In this document: positions 18,681-30,400 of the stretch, one piece after another
Layout of the letters: each line of letters opens with the position of its first letter
How positions within the stretch are numbered: the stretch's first letter is position 1
DNA from: an uncultured virus (IMG/VR IMGVR_UViG_3300042887_003526)
Taxonomy: Duplodnaviria > Heunggongvirae > Uroviricota > Caudoviricetes
Reading direction: 5' to 3' (one strand)
IMG/VR virus record: IMGVR_UViG_3300042887_003526
Length of the DNA: 64,000 bases
Program-made: the position numbers and the translations under genes
The notes under the pieces: generated by a model
Seen by the model: only the letters and a program-made list of their open reading frames with translations
What the model was told of the DNA's origin: nothing
Database searches by the model: none

Positions 18681-21600
18681 TTAACTCTCGCAAAGTTCGT
18701 ATTGTTTTATTAAATCTGGATCATAAAGAACAGGAACACATTCGTATTGTGTAGGATCCTCTGTATTATATATTTTAATATAAACTAGATTATCGTTTCC
18801 AGAGGAATTTATAACAGGTGGTACGCCTTCTGGTACAAAATTGAGTGGAGGGGGAGCACAAAGCCCTGTCATTGTTGATATACAAACTCCACCATTTTGA
18901 TAACTTGAATTTTCACAATCAGCAACACATATAAATTCCGGTGGTTGCCATGCAGTATTTGCTACTAATCCTAATTTAGTAGTTTCGTTTCTATTAGCCC
19001 AAGTTCTTTCTTTCATCTTTCCTGTCAATACTCCGGGGTTGACTGTGCAGGTATTGCATGTTTCTGGTACATTTGTTATTCTATCGTAACTGATGTCGCT
19101 ATTAAATAAAGGTTGATAATTTACTGTAGGACCGCTTGGAACAGGTCTGTATCTATTTGCGGCCCCTTCGCATGTTCCGGGAACTGAATCATTGCTCTCA
19201 CAATTTGTTGTTGTAAGTTCGCCACTTAAATCATTTTTTAAATTTGCAGGAAAATTGAGTTCATATTTCATCAATCGATATCTACCAATACCCAATTTGC
19301 AAGTGTCGGTGGTGCCAACTCTAGAGACATCGTTGTCAATTGAAACATAATATGCAGTTATATCTGTTGTTATTACTGCTGCACCCGTAGTATCGATACT
19401 ATGACAATTTGTGCTGTTAATTATATTAGCACCGACTGTATTATTAGTAACCGCGCCACTTAATGGTGTTGGTTGTCTATATCGAACTACAATTAATGAT
19501 CTAGGTTGTCGTGTACTTCCTGCGGGACATGCTAAATTAAACCCTTGAGTGCCTGTTTGGTTTACATAGTCATACCACTTTGTATAGACCAATTTATCGG
19601 TGGCATCCCAACATGAACATTTAAATATAAAAGGAATTCCTAATGCCAAATCTAAAGTAAAATCTCCTCCTGCATTGAAACCATAATCATCTGACATGAA
19701 TTGTATAAATCTATTAGAATATAACTCTCGATTTGTAAAGTTTGGAAAATAGAAAGTACTCGATACATCAGCAAAAGTCAAATCAAATGGTCTGGCTACT
19801 TTGTTTGCGTTGCTACGGAATAATGTGTGATAATCCGAACTATCCCATCCACCTACAGACTCTACTATAATATCAACATTTTGAGTAGCAAAATTTCCTC
19901 TTCTTAATACAAAATTAGAATAAGGCCATTTTGTTCCTGTATCGTCGTTTCCTGTAGGTTGTACTGGATTAATTTTCCATGATATTGCACTTGTTTTTGT
20001 ACCTAAATAATCGTAATCATCTGTACCACCACTACTAAATTTGGTAAATAAAGCACTACTACTCGAACAAGATGTAGTAGAAGTTTTTGATGATCCAGCA
20101 ATTTTATCATTGGGAATTATTAAATTATACGCTTGCGAGTTTGCTCCTGATCTTGCATAGTTTTTAAGAGCACATACATCTACGGCGGTTGATATTGTTG
20201 TAGTAAAATTACCACTAGTAGATGTACCACCATCATTGTCAGTAGCAGTATACTTAATAGTGTAAAGACCGTCTGCATTGAATGTTATGCCAACCGTAGG
20301 TGTATTATTTGGCGATATAGTACTAGTTGACGGAGTTGTTGACCAAAGATAGTTTGTTATTGATCCGTCTGAATCAGTTGCAGAACCGCCAGTAATTGTA
20401 TAGGTTAATTTGGTTCCAGAAGAACCAGTTGTTGAACCAGAGATTGCTGGTGTACTTGGTAATGCATTTCTTCTTAAAGTAGGATTTGGTGATGTTGATG
20501 CGGTTGCCGAAGTTGACGGATTTGTTGCAGTTGCGGATATCGTATAGGTTATTCCGGGTGTTAAATTTGATATTATACCAGTAGAATAATTTAAAGCATT
20601 ATTTGTAATATTTGAATATGTTGTATTTGCTATTGTTGGACCAGGAGGAGAAATACTAAATGTCAAATTACAAGGGCCGGCAGTTGAAGCATTTGATATT
20701 CTAACACTAAATCCACTATAACTCGTTGTTTCATTTGCAACAACAACCGCAGCGGTTGACGTAAAAGCAACAGTTGGAGTTATTGCCGCATTTAAAGTAA
20801 CAGTTATATTTTGTTCTGTATATGTTCCTTCATTGTCTGTTACTCTCAATCTAAATGTATATGTTCCTGCTACACTAAATCCGGTAACAGTTGTATTTAA
20901 ACTAGTCGATGAATTTATTGTTGGTGTAGATCCAGCACCACTAACATAACTCCATTCTGTTGTTACTGATCCTCCATCTGGATCAGCAACACTTGCACCA
21001 CTTCCAATTGTTATAGATTGTGATGATCCTCTATAAGTATCAGTAACATTATTAAGACTATTAATCGTGGGGGATGAACTATTTACTACAACATTTGTTG
21101 TTTGTGATGTTGTATTTGTGCCATCAGAAACATCTACTTTAAACGTATATGTTCTACTTGATGGTGTGGTGGAGGAAGAAAAAGGCACAGTCATTCCAGA
21201 AACTGTTGCTGTGTTTGCACTAGTACCAGAACCGGGTACTATTGTTGCTAATGGCGTGGCCGGAGAAGTTTGACTAAAACTATAAGTTAATGGTTGAGAA
21301 TTAGGATCGGTTGCACTTACAGTTAATGATGTACCAGCAGAACCGTCTGATATAGTTACTGATGTTGGGGTTGCAGTAAAACTATTAATACTTGGTGCGG
21401 GATTTGCGTTTACTGTTATTTGTCTTGTAACAGCAGTAGATTGTCTTCCATTATTGTCGGTTACTATTAGTTGTACTGTATAACTTCCTGCTAAATCTAC
21501 AGTTAATGTTGGATTAGAAACACTAGTACTATTCAATGATGCATTACTTCCGTTTGGTTTTGCTGTTATTGACCAAGCGTATGTAGAGATAAATCCATCG

Positions 21601-24600
21601 GAATCGGATGCAGAAGAAGCCAATGAAACTGTGTTTACGGGTAAAGTTATAGAAGTTCCGTTAATTACAGGTGAAGTAATTGTTGCGGTTGGTGCTGCAT
21701 TTCTTTTTATGGTATAAGATCTTGAGGCTCCAGTTGAATTTGGATCCCTTACTACTAAAGTAAATCCATATGTTCCACCTATTTGCGGATCTGTAAAAAA
21801 TATATTAGTTTTTCCATCACTTGATGATGGAGTTATTATGTTTGGAGTTCCTGCCCCTGCGGGTCTTATTGCAGTACTTGCAATCCAACTAAAGGTGAAA
21901 GGCCCTGCGGGGTCGTTTACATCGTTTGCTGTTATATTAAATAAACTTGTATTAAATGATGTCGAAACTCCATCAAAATTTTGAACTAATGTTCTAGTCG
22001 TTTCTGTTATAGATGGAGAAGAATTTGCAAATGCTAAGTTTTTTCCTGAAGATATTACAGTCTGACCTTCATCATCTGTTATTCTAAAAGAAAAAGTATA
22101 TCCGCTAGCTGTTCCACTAGGAATTAATCTTGGTCCTAAAGTACAAGTTGAACTATATGTTGTTCCTGCGCCGCTTGTAGATGATATGGTTGGATTTGTA
22201 AATGATATATTTCCAGTATAAGTAGAAGGGAATGCATCACATGTAAATGTAGGTGAAGTTAATGAACCTCCATCTGGATCATTTGCAAAACCAGTAATAC
22301 CAAAACTATAAGGATTATTAAAATTTACATTATTAATTAGAATTGAAGGTAAAAATACTTGCGCCGTTGGGGCTTGATTATTTACTACAACATTTACTGA
22401 ATTGGAAGTTACAGTTTGATAGTCATCAGATGCCTTTGCAACAAAAGAATATGTTCTTGGAGTCCCATTTGTATTTGGTATTAATCCAGATATTATTCTT
22501 GTCCATGTTGTTGGACCATTTAAAACTGGTGTTACTGTATATTCACTATAACCATTGGTTTCCTCAATATTCAAAGAAGTAACATCGGAAGATGTTGTTG
22601 CAGTTAATGTAACACTATTACTGGGTAGAGTTATATCGCTTGTAGAAGTAATAAGATTTACTGTCGGCGGAGCATCAGATATTAATTGAATTTGAACTGT
22701 GTCTTCCGAAGAAGTATTTCCATTATTATCAGTTATTGTTAAACCAAATACATACACTCCAAAAGTAGAAATATTGACTACTGTATTTTGAGAAATTGGA
22801 GGAACTAAAGATGCAGCATTTCCGGGATTTGTAATTATTCTCCAAGAATATGCAGAAATAGAACCACCAGATTGATCTGTTCCTGAACCAGTTAAATTAA
22901 ATTGTTTTGGCCAAGAAGTATTTGCTGCATATGTGTATGATTGATCGTTTCCTGCATTTGCAATTGGATTTGGATCAGTCACATTTAATGTTAATGTACT
23001 GGTTGATGTTGAACCAGAGGCATCTGTTACTGAAACGGTAGCAACATGTGTTCCGCCTTTGTTCAATCCAGAAAGAATAGTTGTTCCGCTTGTAGAATTG
23101 TTTGGTGTAAATGTATATGTTGTACTCGGCCCGCTCAAACTCCAATTATATGTAAATGTGGATTGATCTGGATCAGTCGCAACTGCTGTTATTGATTGTG
23201 ATGTTATTGGTAATGTTAATGATGTTGGATTAGCCGGGGATGTTATTTGAACTGTTGGACCAGTATTGACAACAAAAAATGTATATGTGCTGTCAGTGAA
23301 TGCAGTACAAGTATCAGTTGCTCTGACTTTAAAAGAAAATCCATTTGTTACACTTACAAAGTCAGCAGCAGTTTTAGTTGGATCTTTATTTAAGAAAATA
23401 CTAAAAGTATTATTTGCTGAATTGAAAGAATTAACACCACGGGTAAAATATCCCGTTGGTTGTAAAGACCCAAGAACAAATGCAATATTTGATATGCCAT
23501 TAGAATCTGCTGCACTGAAATCAAATGGTCCTATAGTCGCAGGAAGTGGATTTGAAAAATTTATAGAAGTCGGATTTGTTATTACTGGTGGATTATTAAT
23601 TTCTTGTGTTACACTAATGAAAACATCTTTTGTTACACTTTGAGAAATAGTAGAATCTGAAGTGTTTGCAAAACCCTGTTCAGTCACTGATACTTTAAAT
23701 ACATAAGTACCAGCACCAGTAATGTTAAAAATTGAAGTTATTGTATTATTTTGTGTACTAGTAGAGACAAATTGAGCATTTATTCCTGCTGTTGATTGGA
23801 TAGCATCAAATTGTATTTGTGTGATTAATTGATTTACTGGCGTTAAATCGTCAGTTACATTTGCTACAATTGCAATATTTTTTCCAGTAATTAGTTCAGA
23901 ACAACTAGCAGATATGGAAGTTTGTGTCTGGGTAGTGTCAATTACTGGTAATTCATTTCTAACAATTTGAAAAGTTTTAGTTAAAACTGTACTTTGTTGT
24001 CCTTCGTTGTCTATTGAATAATGGGAAAGATTAAATGTTCCTGTTCTTGCAAATGTCAAAGTAGGAGTAGAAGAATTAGCATTTGTAATAACAACACCAC
24101 CAGCAGGAGAACATGTTGTATTATACGAAACAATAGACCCGCCATCTGGGTCTGTTGCGTTTAAATTACAATTTAGTATAAAATTAGATCTTAAATTTGT
24201 TGTTAGAGTACCATCAGAAAGGACTTCAGTAAATCGATATATTGGTGCGTCAATTGTAGGAGAATAGGTTGCAGATATTGTTGGTATTTGTGATACAACA
24301 GTTATTTTTGTACTCTTTGTTGTTTCGTTACCAAGAGAATCTTTGACATATAATGTTGCATAGTATATTTTATCTGTCAATCCACCCGGTCTACCACCCG
24401 CCACGTTATATGATGAAGTAGATGACAATAATGAAGCATATGGAATCTCTGTGTCTATAATACCATCTACTGTGTCTTTAGTGAGAACCCATTTAAATTC
24501 AAGTGCATCGTTTTCTGGATCCGATATTCCACTTGCAAAAACTGTAAAACTTGTATCTGGATTTACATTAAAATCCGAACTTATTGTTGTGATTATTGGC

Positions 24601-27401
24601 GCACCACTACGATTTATTATAATCGAAATGGTTGCCTGCGCTGTTGCTCCAGATGGATCCGTGACCGTGCATCTAAATTGATATGTACCTGTATTTCTCA
24701 GATTTACTGTTATAGATGAAGTAGTTGGATCGGTTATTGAGTTTACTGTACCCGAAATAACAGCCCAATTATATGTTAAAGTTTCATCATCGATTGCGGT
24801 TATACTAAGAGTTCTTGTAATATTTACTGCTTCTGTTGCATTTACAGTAATTGTTTCATCTGGTGTTTGTGATGTAATTACTGGATTATTATTTGTTACT
24901 ATGAATGATACTTCTTTTGTAACTGTATTGAATGCATCAAAAGGATCTTGTTGTAAAGTAAATCTTGCTTTATAAGTACCAACCATAGTAGATGGTATTA
25001 TTTTTTGAATATTTGCAACACCAGATAGTGGTGGAAGATTTTCATATTCCGTAGAGGTTATAGAAGAATCAGGATAAATCGTATCCCACTTATATTTTAA
25101 ATTTCCTTGATTTGCATCTATTTGTGCCTTTGCTGTAAATGAAGTTCCAACATTTCCAGATGCGGGTGTTACTGTTAATGTGAATGTTGGTAATAAATCT
25201 CTTGTAAAGGCCAGAACAGTATTTCTTGTTGAAGTCTGACCTTCATCATCAGTTACTGTGCATTTTACTGTAATAAAGAAAGAATTTACTTCATCCGAGG
25301 GAGCATCTACAGAAAGTTTAACAGAAGATTCTGTAATTGGTGTTATGGTTGTTTGAGAGTTTCCTGTATTTGTTAATACTTCAAATTGATATGTTACATC
25401 TCCACCATCTGGATCATATGCTTGGGCAGCAATTGTTCTTTCAATTGTGGTTGGTAGAGATTGTAGCGTTATTACATCTGGAAATTCTGTTAAGGATTCA
25501 ATAACCGGATTTTGTGTTTGTATGTTCAAAGATACTGATTTTGTTGTTACATTATTTCCAGTATCTTTGAGTGACACTATTATTTCATAACTTGTAGTTT
25601 CTGTACCAAATTGTTGCAATGCTTGTGTTGTATATGATGTAAGTTGTAAATTTGGTAAAGAAACAAATTCAGTTCTATAAACTTCTGTAGTAGATGGTTG
25701 TAATCTATTTACTATGACTCTATATGTAAGTGCATTATTTTCTGGATCAGATGCATTTAGAATATTAATCGTTGCAGTTTCATTCGGCAACACAGTTGGT
25801 GTCGTTAATACTAAATCAAAAACCGGAGGATTGTTTACTGGGGGTGTGTCTGTGCCACCAACACATCTGCAATTTACATTCTCGCATCGCTCTTCTTCAC
25901 CCATAAAAATGCCATCATATTCGGCACTTTTGCATTCTGCTGGAGTCAAATCATCAAAGCAAAGAAGATCTTTAGCAGCACATGCACAGCAAGCACCTCT
26001 TCCTATATTCTTCTCGCAGCAATTTGTAGTAGAACAATCTCCGCCTGTAAATGATCTACCGCCCAAAATCAACTCACATTGTATTCTGGAAAGTTGATCA
26101 CCTATACAGTTTCCATCTTTACAGCATGACAATTTTTCAGTTTCACATGGGTCAAAGCACAAACGACCTTCTGTTATAACGCTTTCATAATTTTTTCCAC
26201 TAGAATTGTTTGGATAGGTTCCACAAGCAATGCCAGAATAGAAATTTCCACCAAAGAAAGAACATTCTTCTACACTTACATTTTCTATGCATTGTCCGTT
26301 TGAACAACAAAGACCCAATTCAGTACCACATGATTCTACACAAGAAACAAGAGGAGAGAATCTACCACCCAATAAATCACATTGATCTTTTGTAGAATAA
26401 TCTAAACAATTTAATGTATTTTCTGGATATTTGGTATAGCAGCAAGAACCAGTTGAAAGTGCAGGAACGCAAGATTCTATATTGGCAAAGGTATCCCTAT
26501 TTGTATAGGTTAAATCTATTCCTCTTTGAGAAACTACTGCATACCAGTTGTTTCCTGCGTCAAAAGAAAATAGATTGACTATGCTTTTACCACAAGTAAA
26601 GTAGTTTTCATTCTCTTCAAAATAAACATTTTCTGGGAACTTCCAGATATCATCAGAAGTAAATAGAACGGTTGCAGTTATAATTTCATTTTGTTTAAAT
26701 GAACCAGTAAATCCTGCAATGCCAATTGGTGTTTGTAGAACGTAAAAACCACCATTCTCTAGATCAATATAAATTCCACCAGTTGTTCCTATGGTAAAAT
26801 TTTCTAGTTCTCCATTGACACCAACATATTGATTTTTCTTAACCGGCCCTACTCTTTTTGTATAAGCAGAATCGTTCAAAAAGAATTGGTTCTGGAAGTT
26901 CATATTTCCAGTACCGTCTAGTTTGACCCGCGTACTTGATGCCAGATTAGATCCCTTTAGATACATTAAAGTATCTGCGGACAATCCGAGCGAGTACAAA
27001 TTTCCCACCGTAGATGTGTAAGTCGTATCAATTAATAAATTGTTATTCGTTGTAGTGACAACAAGAGAACCAACACCACTGATACCTTTGATATTTAATT
27101 GACCTTCAGAAGAAGATCCGACTATAGAAATACCCTCACCTACAGATTCTGGTATTTCAGTATTACCATATCCGGTCGTTCCGCGAAATGTTCCTTTTAT
27201 TTCAGAAGTCACTCCGTCAGAAAATGTTAATACTACTCCGGTGGTTATTCCTTGAATAGAAATTACATATTTACCATATGTACCTGTTGCTCCAGTAGCA
27301 CCTGTTGTGCCAGTAGCACCAGTAGCACCAGTTCGTCCTATAGGACCAGTGGGGCCATCCGGGCCTAGCATTTTGATTGATGAAATTGAGCTACTATACA
27401 T
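18681..27401 (-). CDS. giant 2906-aa putative fibre/adhesin: collagen-like N-terminus, GxCC repeats, ~18 Ig/PKD-like repeats, Cys-rich C-terminal domain
   Basis: GPTGPIGRTGATGATG; GSCC/GLCC/GACC; ~100-aa units with DPDGG..Y.W and TVTD..G motifs. Confidence 0.7.
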   Translation of the reverse strand: MYSSSISSIKMLGPDGPTGPIGRTGATGATGTTGATGATGTYGKYVISIQGITTGVVLTFSDGVTSEIKGTFRGTTGYGNTEIPESVGEGISIVGSSSEGQLNIKGISGVGSLVVTTTNNNLLIDTTYTSTVGNLYSLGLSADTLMYLKGSNLASSTRVKLDGTGNMNFQNQFFLNDSAYTKRVGPVKKNQYVGVNGELENFTIGTTGGIYIDLENGGFYVLQTPIGIAGFTGSFKQNEIITATVLFTSDDIWKFPENVYFEENENYFTCGKSIVNLFSFDAGNNWYAVVSQRGIDLTYTNRDTFANIESCVPALSTGSCCYTKYPENTLNCLDYSTKDQCDLLGGRFSPLVSCVESCGTELGLCCSNGQCIENVSVEECSFFGGNFYSGIACGTYPNNSSGKNYESVITEGRLCFDPCETEKLSCCKDGNCIGDQLSRIQCELILGGRSFTGGDCSTTNCCEKNIGRGACCACAAKDLLCFDDLTPAECKSAEYDGIFMGEEERCENVNCRCVGGTDTPPVNNPPVFDLVLTTPTVLPNETATINILNASDPENNALTYRVIVNRLQPSTTEVYRTEFVSLPNLQLTSYTTQALQQFGTETTSYEIIVSLKDTGNNVTTKSVSLNIQTQNPVIESLTEFPDVITLQSLPTTIERTIAAQAYDPDGGDVTYQFEVLTNTGNSQTTITPITESSVKLSVDAPSDEVNSFFITVKCTVTDDEGQTSTRNTVLAFTRDLLPTFTLTVTPASGNVGTSFTAKAQIDANQGNLKYKWDTIYPDSSITSTEYENLPPLSGVANIQKIIPSTMVGTYKARFTLQQDPFDAFNTVTKEVSFIVTNNNPVITSQTPDETITVNATEAVNITRTLSITAIDDETLTYNWAVISGTVNSITDPTTSSITVNLRNTGTYQFRCTVTDPSGATAQATISIIINRSGAPIITTISSDFNVNPDTSFTVFASGISDPENDALEFKWVLTKDTVDGIIDTEIPYASLLSSTSSYNVAGGRPGGLTDKIYYATLYVKDSLGNETTKSTKITVVSQIPTISATYSPTIDAPIYRFTEVLSDGTLTTNLRSNFILNCNLNATDPDGGSIVSYNTTCSPAGGVVITNANSSTPTLTFARTGTFNLSHYSIDNEGQQSTVLTKTFQIVRNELPVIDTTQTQTSISASCSELITGKNIAIVANVTDDLTPVNQLITQIQFDAIQSTAGINAQFVSTSTQNNTITSIFNITGAGTYVFKVSVTEQGFANTSDSTISQSVTKDVFISVTQEINNPPVITNPTSINFSNPLPATIGPFDFSAADSNGISNIAFVLGSLQPTGYFTRGVNSFNSANNTFSIFLNKDPTKTAADFVSVTNGFSFKVRATDTCTAFTDSTYTFFVVNTGPTVQITSPANPTSLTLPITSQSITAVATDPDQSTFTYNWSLSGPSTTYTFTPNNSTSGTTILSGLNKGGTHVATVSVTDASGSTSTSTLTLNVTDPNPIANAGNDQSYTYAANTSWPKQFNLTGSGTDQSGGSISAYSWRIITNPGNAASLVPPISQNTVVNISTFGVYVFGLTITDNNGNTSSEDTVQIQLISDAPPTVNLITSTSDITLPSNSVTLTATTSSDVTSLNIEETNGYSEYTVTPVLNGPTTWTRIISGLIPNTNGTPRTYSFVAKASDDYQTVTSNSVNVVVNNQAPTAQVFLPSILINNVNFNNPYSFGITGFANDPDGGSLTSPTFTCDAFPSTYTGNISFTNPTISSTSGAGTTYSSTCTLGPRLIPSGTASGYTFSFRITDDEGQTVISSGKNLAFANSSPSITETTRTLVQNFDGVSTSFNTSLFNITANDVNDPAGPFTFSWIASTAIRPAGAGTPNIITPSSSDGKTNIFFTDPQIGGTYGFTLVVRDPNSTGASRSYTIKRNAAPTATITSPVINGTSITLPVNTVSLASSASDSDGFISTYAWSITAKPNGSNASLNSTSVSNPTLTVDLAGSYTVQLIVTDNNGRQSTAVTRQITVNANPAPSINSFTATPTSVTISDGSAGTSLTVSATDPNSQPLTYSFSQTSPATPLATIVPGSGTSANTATVSGMTVPFSSSTTPSSRTYTFKVDVSDGTNTTSQTTNVVVNSSSPTINSLNNVTDTYRGSSQSITIGSGASVADPDGGSVTTEWSYVSGAGSTPTINSSTSLNTTVTGFSVAGTYTFRLRVTDNEGTYTEQNITVTLNAAITPTVAFTSTAAVVVANETTSYSGFSVRISNASTAGPCNLTFSISPPGPTIANTTYSNITNNALNYSTGIISNLTPGITYTISATATNPSTSATASTSPNPTLRRNALPSTPAISGSTTGSSGTKLTYTITGGSATDSDGSITNYLWSTTPSTSTISPNNTPTVGITFNADGLYTIKYTATDNDGGTSTSGNFTTTISTAVDVCALKNYARSGANSQAYNLIIPNDKIAGSSKTSTTSCSSSSALFTKFSSGGTDDYDYLGTKTSAISWKINPVQPTGNDDTGTKWPYSNFVLRRGNFATQNVDIIVESVGGWDSSDYHTLFRSNANKVARPFDLTFADVSSTFYFPNFTNRELYSNRFIQFMSDDYGFNAGGDFTLDLALGIPFIFKCSCWDATDKLVYTKWYDYVNQTGTQGFNLACPAGSTRQPRSLIVVRYRQPTPLSGAVTNNTVGANIINSTNCHSIDTTGAAVITTDITAYYVSIDNDVSRVGTTDTCKLGIGRYRLMKYELNFPANLKNDLSGELTTTNCESNDSVPGTCEGAANRYRPVPSGPTVNYQPLFNSDISYDRITNVPETCNTCTVNPGVLTGKMKERTWANRNETTKLGLVANTAWQPPEFICVADCENSSYQNGGVCISTMTGLCAPPPLNFVPEGVPPVINSSGNDNLVYIKIYNTEDPTQYECVPVLYDPDLIKQYELCES

Positions 27402-27410
27402 GGTATAAAG

Positions 27411-27418
27411 TATCTATA
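27411..27418 (-). promoter_or_regulatory. late promoter variant TATAGATA (2906-aa gene)
   Basis: 9 nt upstream of ATG, no SD. Confidence 0.45.
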
Positions 27419-30400
27419 TCAGCAAAGTTCATATGATGACATATCTGTTTCTGTAACTATAGGAACACAATCATAAGTTTCATCGATATTATATATTTTT
27501 ACAAATGTTATTGGTGTATTAATTGTAGTAAATGGTGAAGATGTTGTTGGTGGTACTGGGGAACCAAAGTCTCCATTGCAAGATATTGTCATTCTTCCGG
27601 GCATTTTAATCGTAGGAACACCTTTGCCTGGAGAATTTGGATTATAAGGGCCACTTCCTGATGTGCCTGGGAACCAATCAGGATAAGTTGCTTCCTTTGT
27701 CCAACCGCCTGGCGCACATTTTGGGCATCCAGTTACATGCCATACTGGCGGTGATTCTTGTGGACTATCTGAAGTACCCGGATTTGGAAATGTTTTCGGT
27801 GTTTGAATTTCATCGTCATTGCCTCCGGGTACAGTTTTATCCCAATCTTTTATATACTGATTATAACATGGATCTTTCATAAACATACAAACAGTATCGC
27901 CCTGACAGAACATTCCACAAATACCATTTGCAAGACAATATCCTGTATTGTTTTCTTGTGCGGGTTTATCATCGGCGTTTATGACTCCACCATTATCTGG
28001 ATTACCACAGCATTTACCATAATCAATATTTCCATTGCCACTTCCTTGGCCCTTTCCGCCACCTTCTCCGTTTTTATTTCCACCCTTACATCGGGGTTGT
28101 CCATTTGGGGCCACTTCCCAGTCTGTACCATCCCCTCCTCCACCTGGTCCTTTATCTCCAGATGGTCCAAGATTTTTTTGTGATGGATCATTTAAACCTT
28201 TGCATGGGGGGTCTTTATATAGCGCACACGGAAAAGGAGTACAGTTAGCTCCAACCTTTTTTGGGCAATAGCATTCAAATTTTACATTACTATTTTTGCC
28301 TTTAAATATATCAACAAAACTATCTGGTAGGTTTTCTGCATATTTGCACGGATCGGAACCAAAATTAAATGGACAGCTTAAATTAGTATTAGCATTATTC
28401 AATATCTGTGAACAATCTTCACCAGGCACGGCACCGCTAAATGGACAACCTCCGTGGCCAGGACATAATGCGTCTTTTTCTTCATTCGTTCCAGATGTCA
28501 TTGTTTTCTTAGCTTTACAGCAAACAAAGAATTTCATCATCTCTTCGTAGCAATCCATGCGACAAAGAACCTTACTGAAATCTGGACAGCCAGCATCAAC
28601 TCCACAATTTGGCATTATAGCAAACTGTGCGCCTTCCTCTTCACCTGCTGGAGTACCAGATGATGGTCCTCCAGCCGGTGGAGCTTGTTTTTTCCAGAAA
28701 GGAATATGTGAATCGTCCCCATTTTTACATGGTGAAACATATTTACCGTCTTTGAAGTGGTACGGATTCTTATGGCGATAGCAGCATCTGTTTGTGTAAT
28801 TATCTGGATTTCCAAGATCGCCAGCTGGATTGGGCGAGCCGTCTGGATTTTTTAAAGGTCCAGTAGCACCACCATCTAATGGTTCATCTTTAATAATTTC
28901 TTTGCCCCAACCAGTATAGTTGCAACTTGGACATATATTTTTGGGTGGTCCCGTTTCGCCCGGGCCTGCACCTCCGCCTGATCCTGTACCCTGCCCACCA
29001 CCTGTCTGTGTGCCGCCGTCTTCTCCTCCAGTATCTGTGCCACCACCATCATCCGGACCTGAGGGATTACTGGGATCTCCATCTCCGTTGTCTGTTCCTC
29101 CAGTTTCTCCACTTTCTCCACCTGTGCCGCCAGTTTCACCTTCACATGTGGTTGATCCGCATATTACGCCATCTCCTTTATATACACCACCGGCACTAGA
29201 ACATTCTGCATATGTTTTTGTACTACAAGTAGTTCCAATACAACATGCACCTTTTCGTTGTTCACATTCTGTATCGCTACAAACATCTCCTGCTTGACCC
29301 GGAATTCCACCTAGTGATATGCACTGAGAACGAGGAACATCAACGCAACTTCCATCGGTCTTACAGCAGGGAACATTTGGATCTTCTGGTGGGATATTAG
29401 CACAAGAACAATCACAATTTAAATTCTCACACCGCTCACCTTCACCCATGAATATTCCGGTGTATGCAGAATTTATAGACTTTGCATATTTTGTGCATTG
29501 AGATTTTGTTAAGTCATCTTTGCATTCAACTGACTTTCCTGCGCTGTTATTACATACACAGCAAGCACCCGTACCTATATTATTTTCACAACAATTTATA
29601 GTGGAACAATCTCCACCAGTAAAAGATTTACCACCAAGTATTAATTCACATTGTATTCTTGAGAGATCATCGCCTATGCAATTTCCATCTTTACAGCAGG
29701 CCAATTTTTCAGTTTCACAAGCATCAAAGCATAGTCTTCCTGCTTCTATCGGATAACCATAATTAGGGCCTGCTGGATTATTTGGATAAAACGAACAATT
29801 TATAGTTGAATAGAATCTACCACCAAAGAATGTACATTCTTCGACATCTACGTCAGCCAAGCACTGACCGTTTGAACAGCAAATACCGCCTTGAGCACAA
29901 GTCTGACTGCATGAAGAAAGTGCGGTAAATTCACCACTCAACAATTGACATTCATCTTTTGTTACATACTCAACACAGTTCTTCGTGTTTTCTGGGTATT
30001 TTGTATAGCAGCAAGATCCTTTACCAAAGGAAGACTTACATGCATTCAGGAATTCTACATCCAACCCACGCTGAGAAACGGTAGCATACCAATTGTTTCC
30101 TGCATCAAATGTGAATATATTGACTATGCTTTTGCCACATGTAAAGTAGTTTTCGTTTTCACTGAAGTATACATTTTCAGGGAACTTCCATATCTCATCT
30201 GATTCTATTATTAATGTTGCATTTAGAATTTCATTTCGTCTGAATGAACCAGTAAATCCTGCAATACCGATTGGTGTCTTTACCAGATATAGACCGCCAT
30301 TCTCTAAATCAATATAGATTCCCCCCGTGGTTCCTATAGTAAAGTTTTCTAAGGCTCCGGTGATGCCGACATATTGATTTTTCTTTACAGGTCCAACTTG

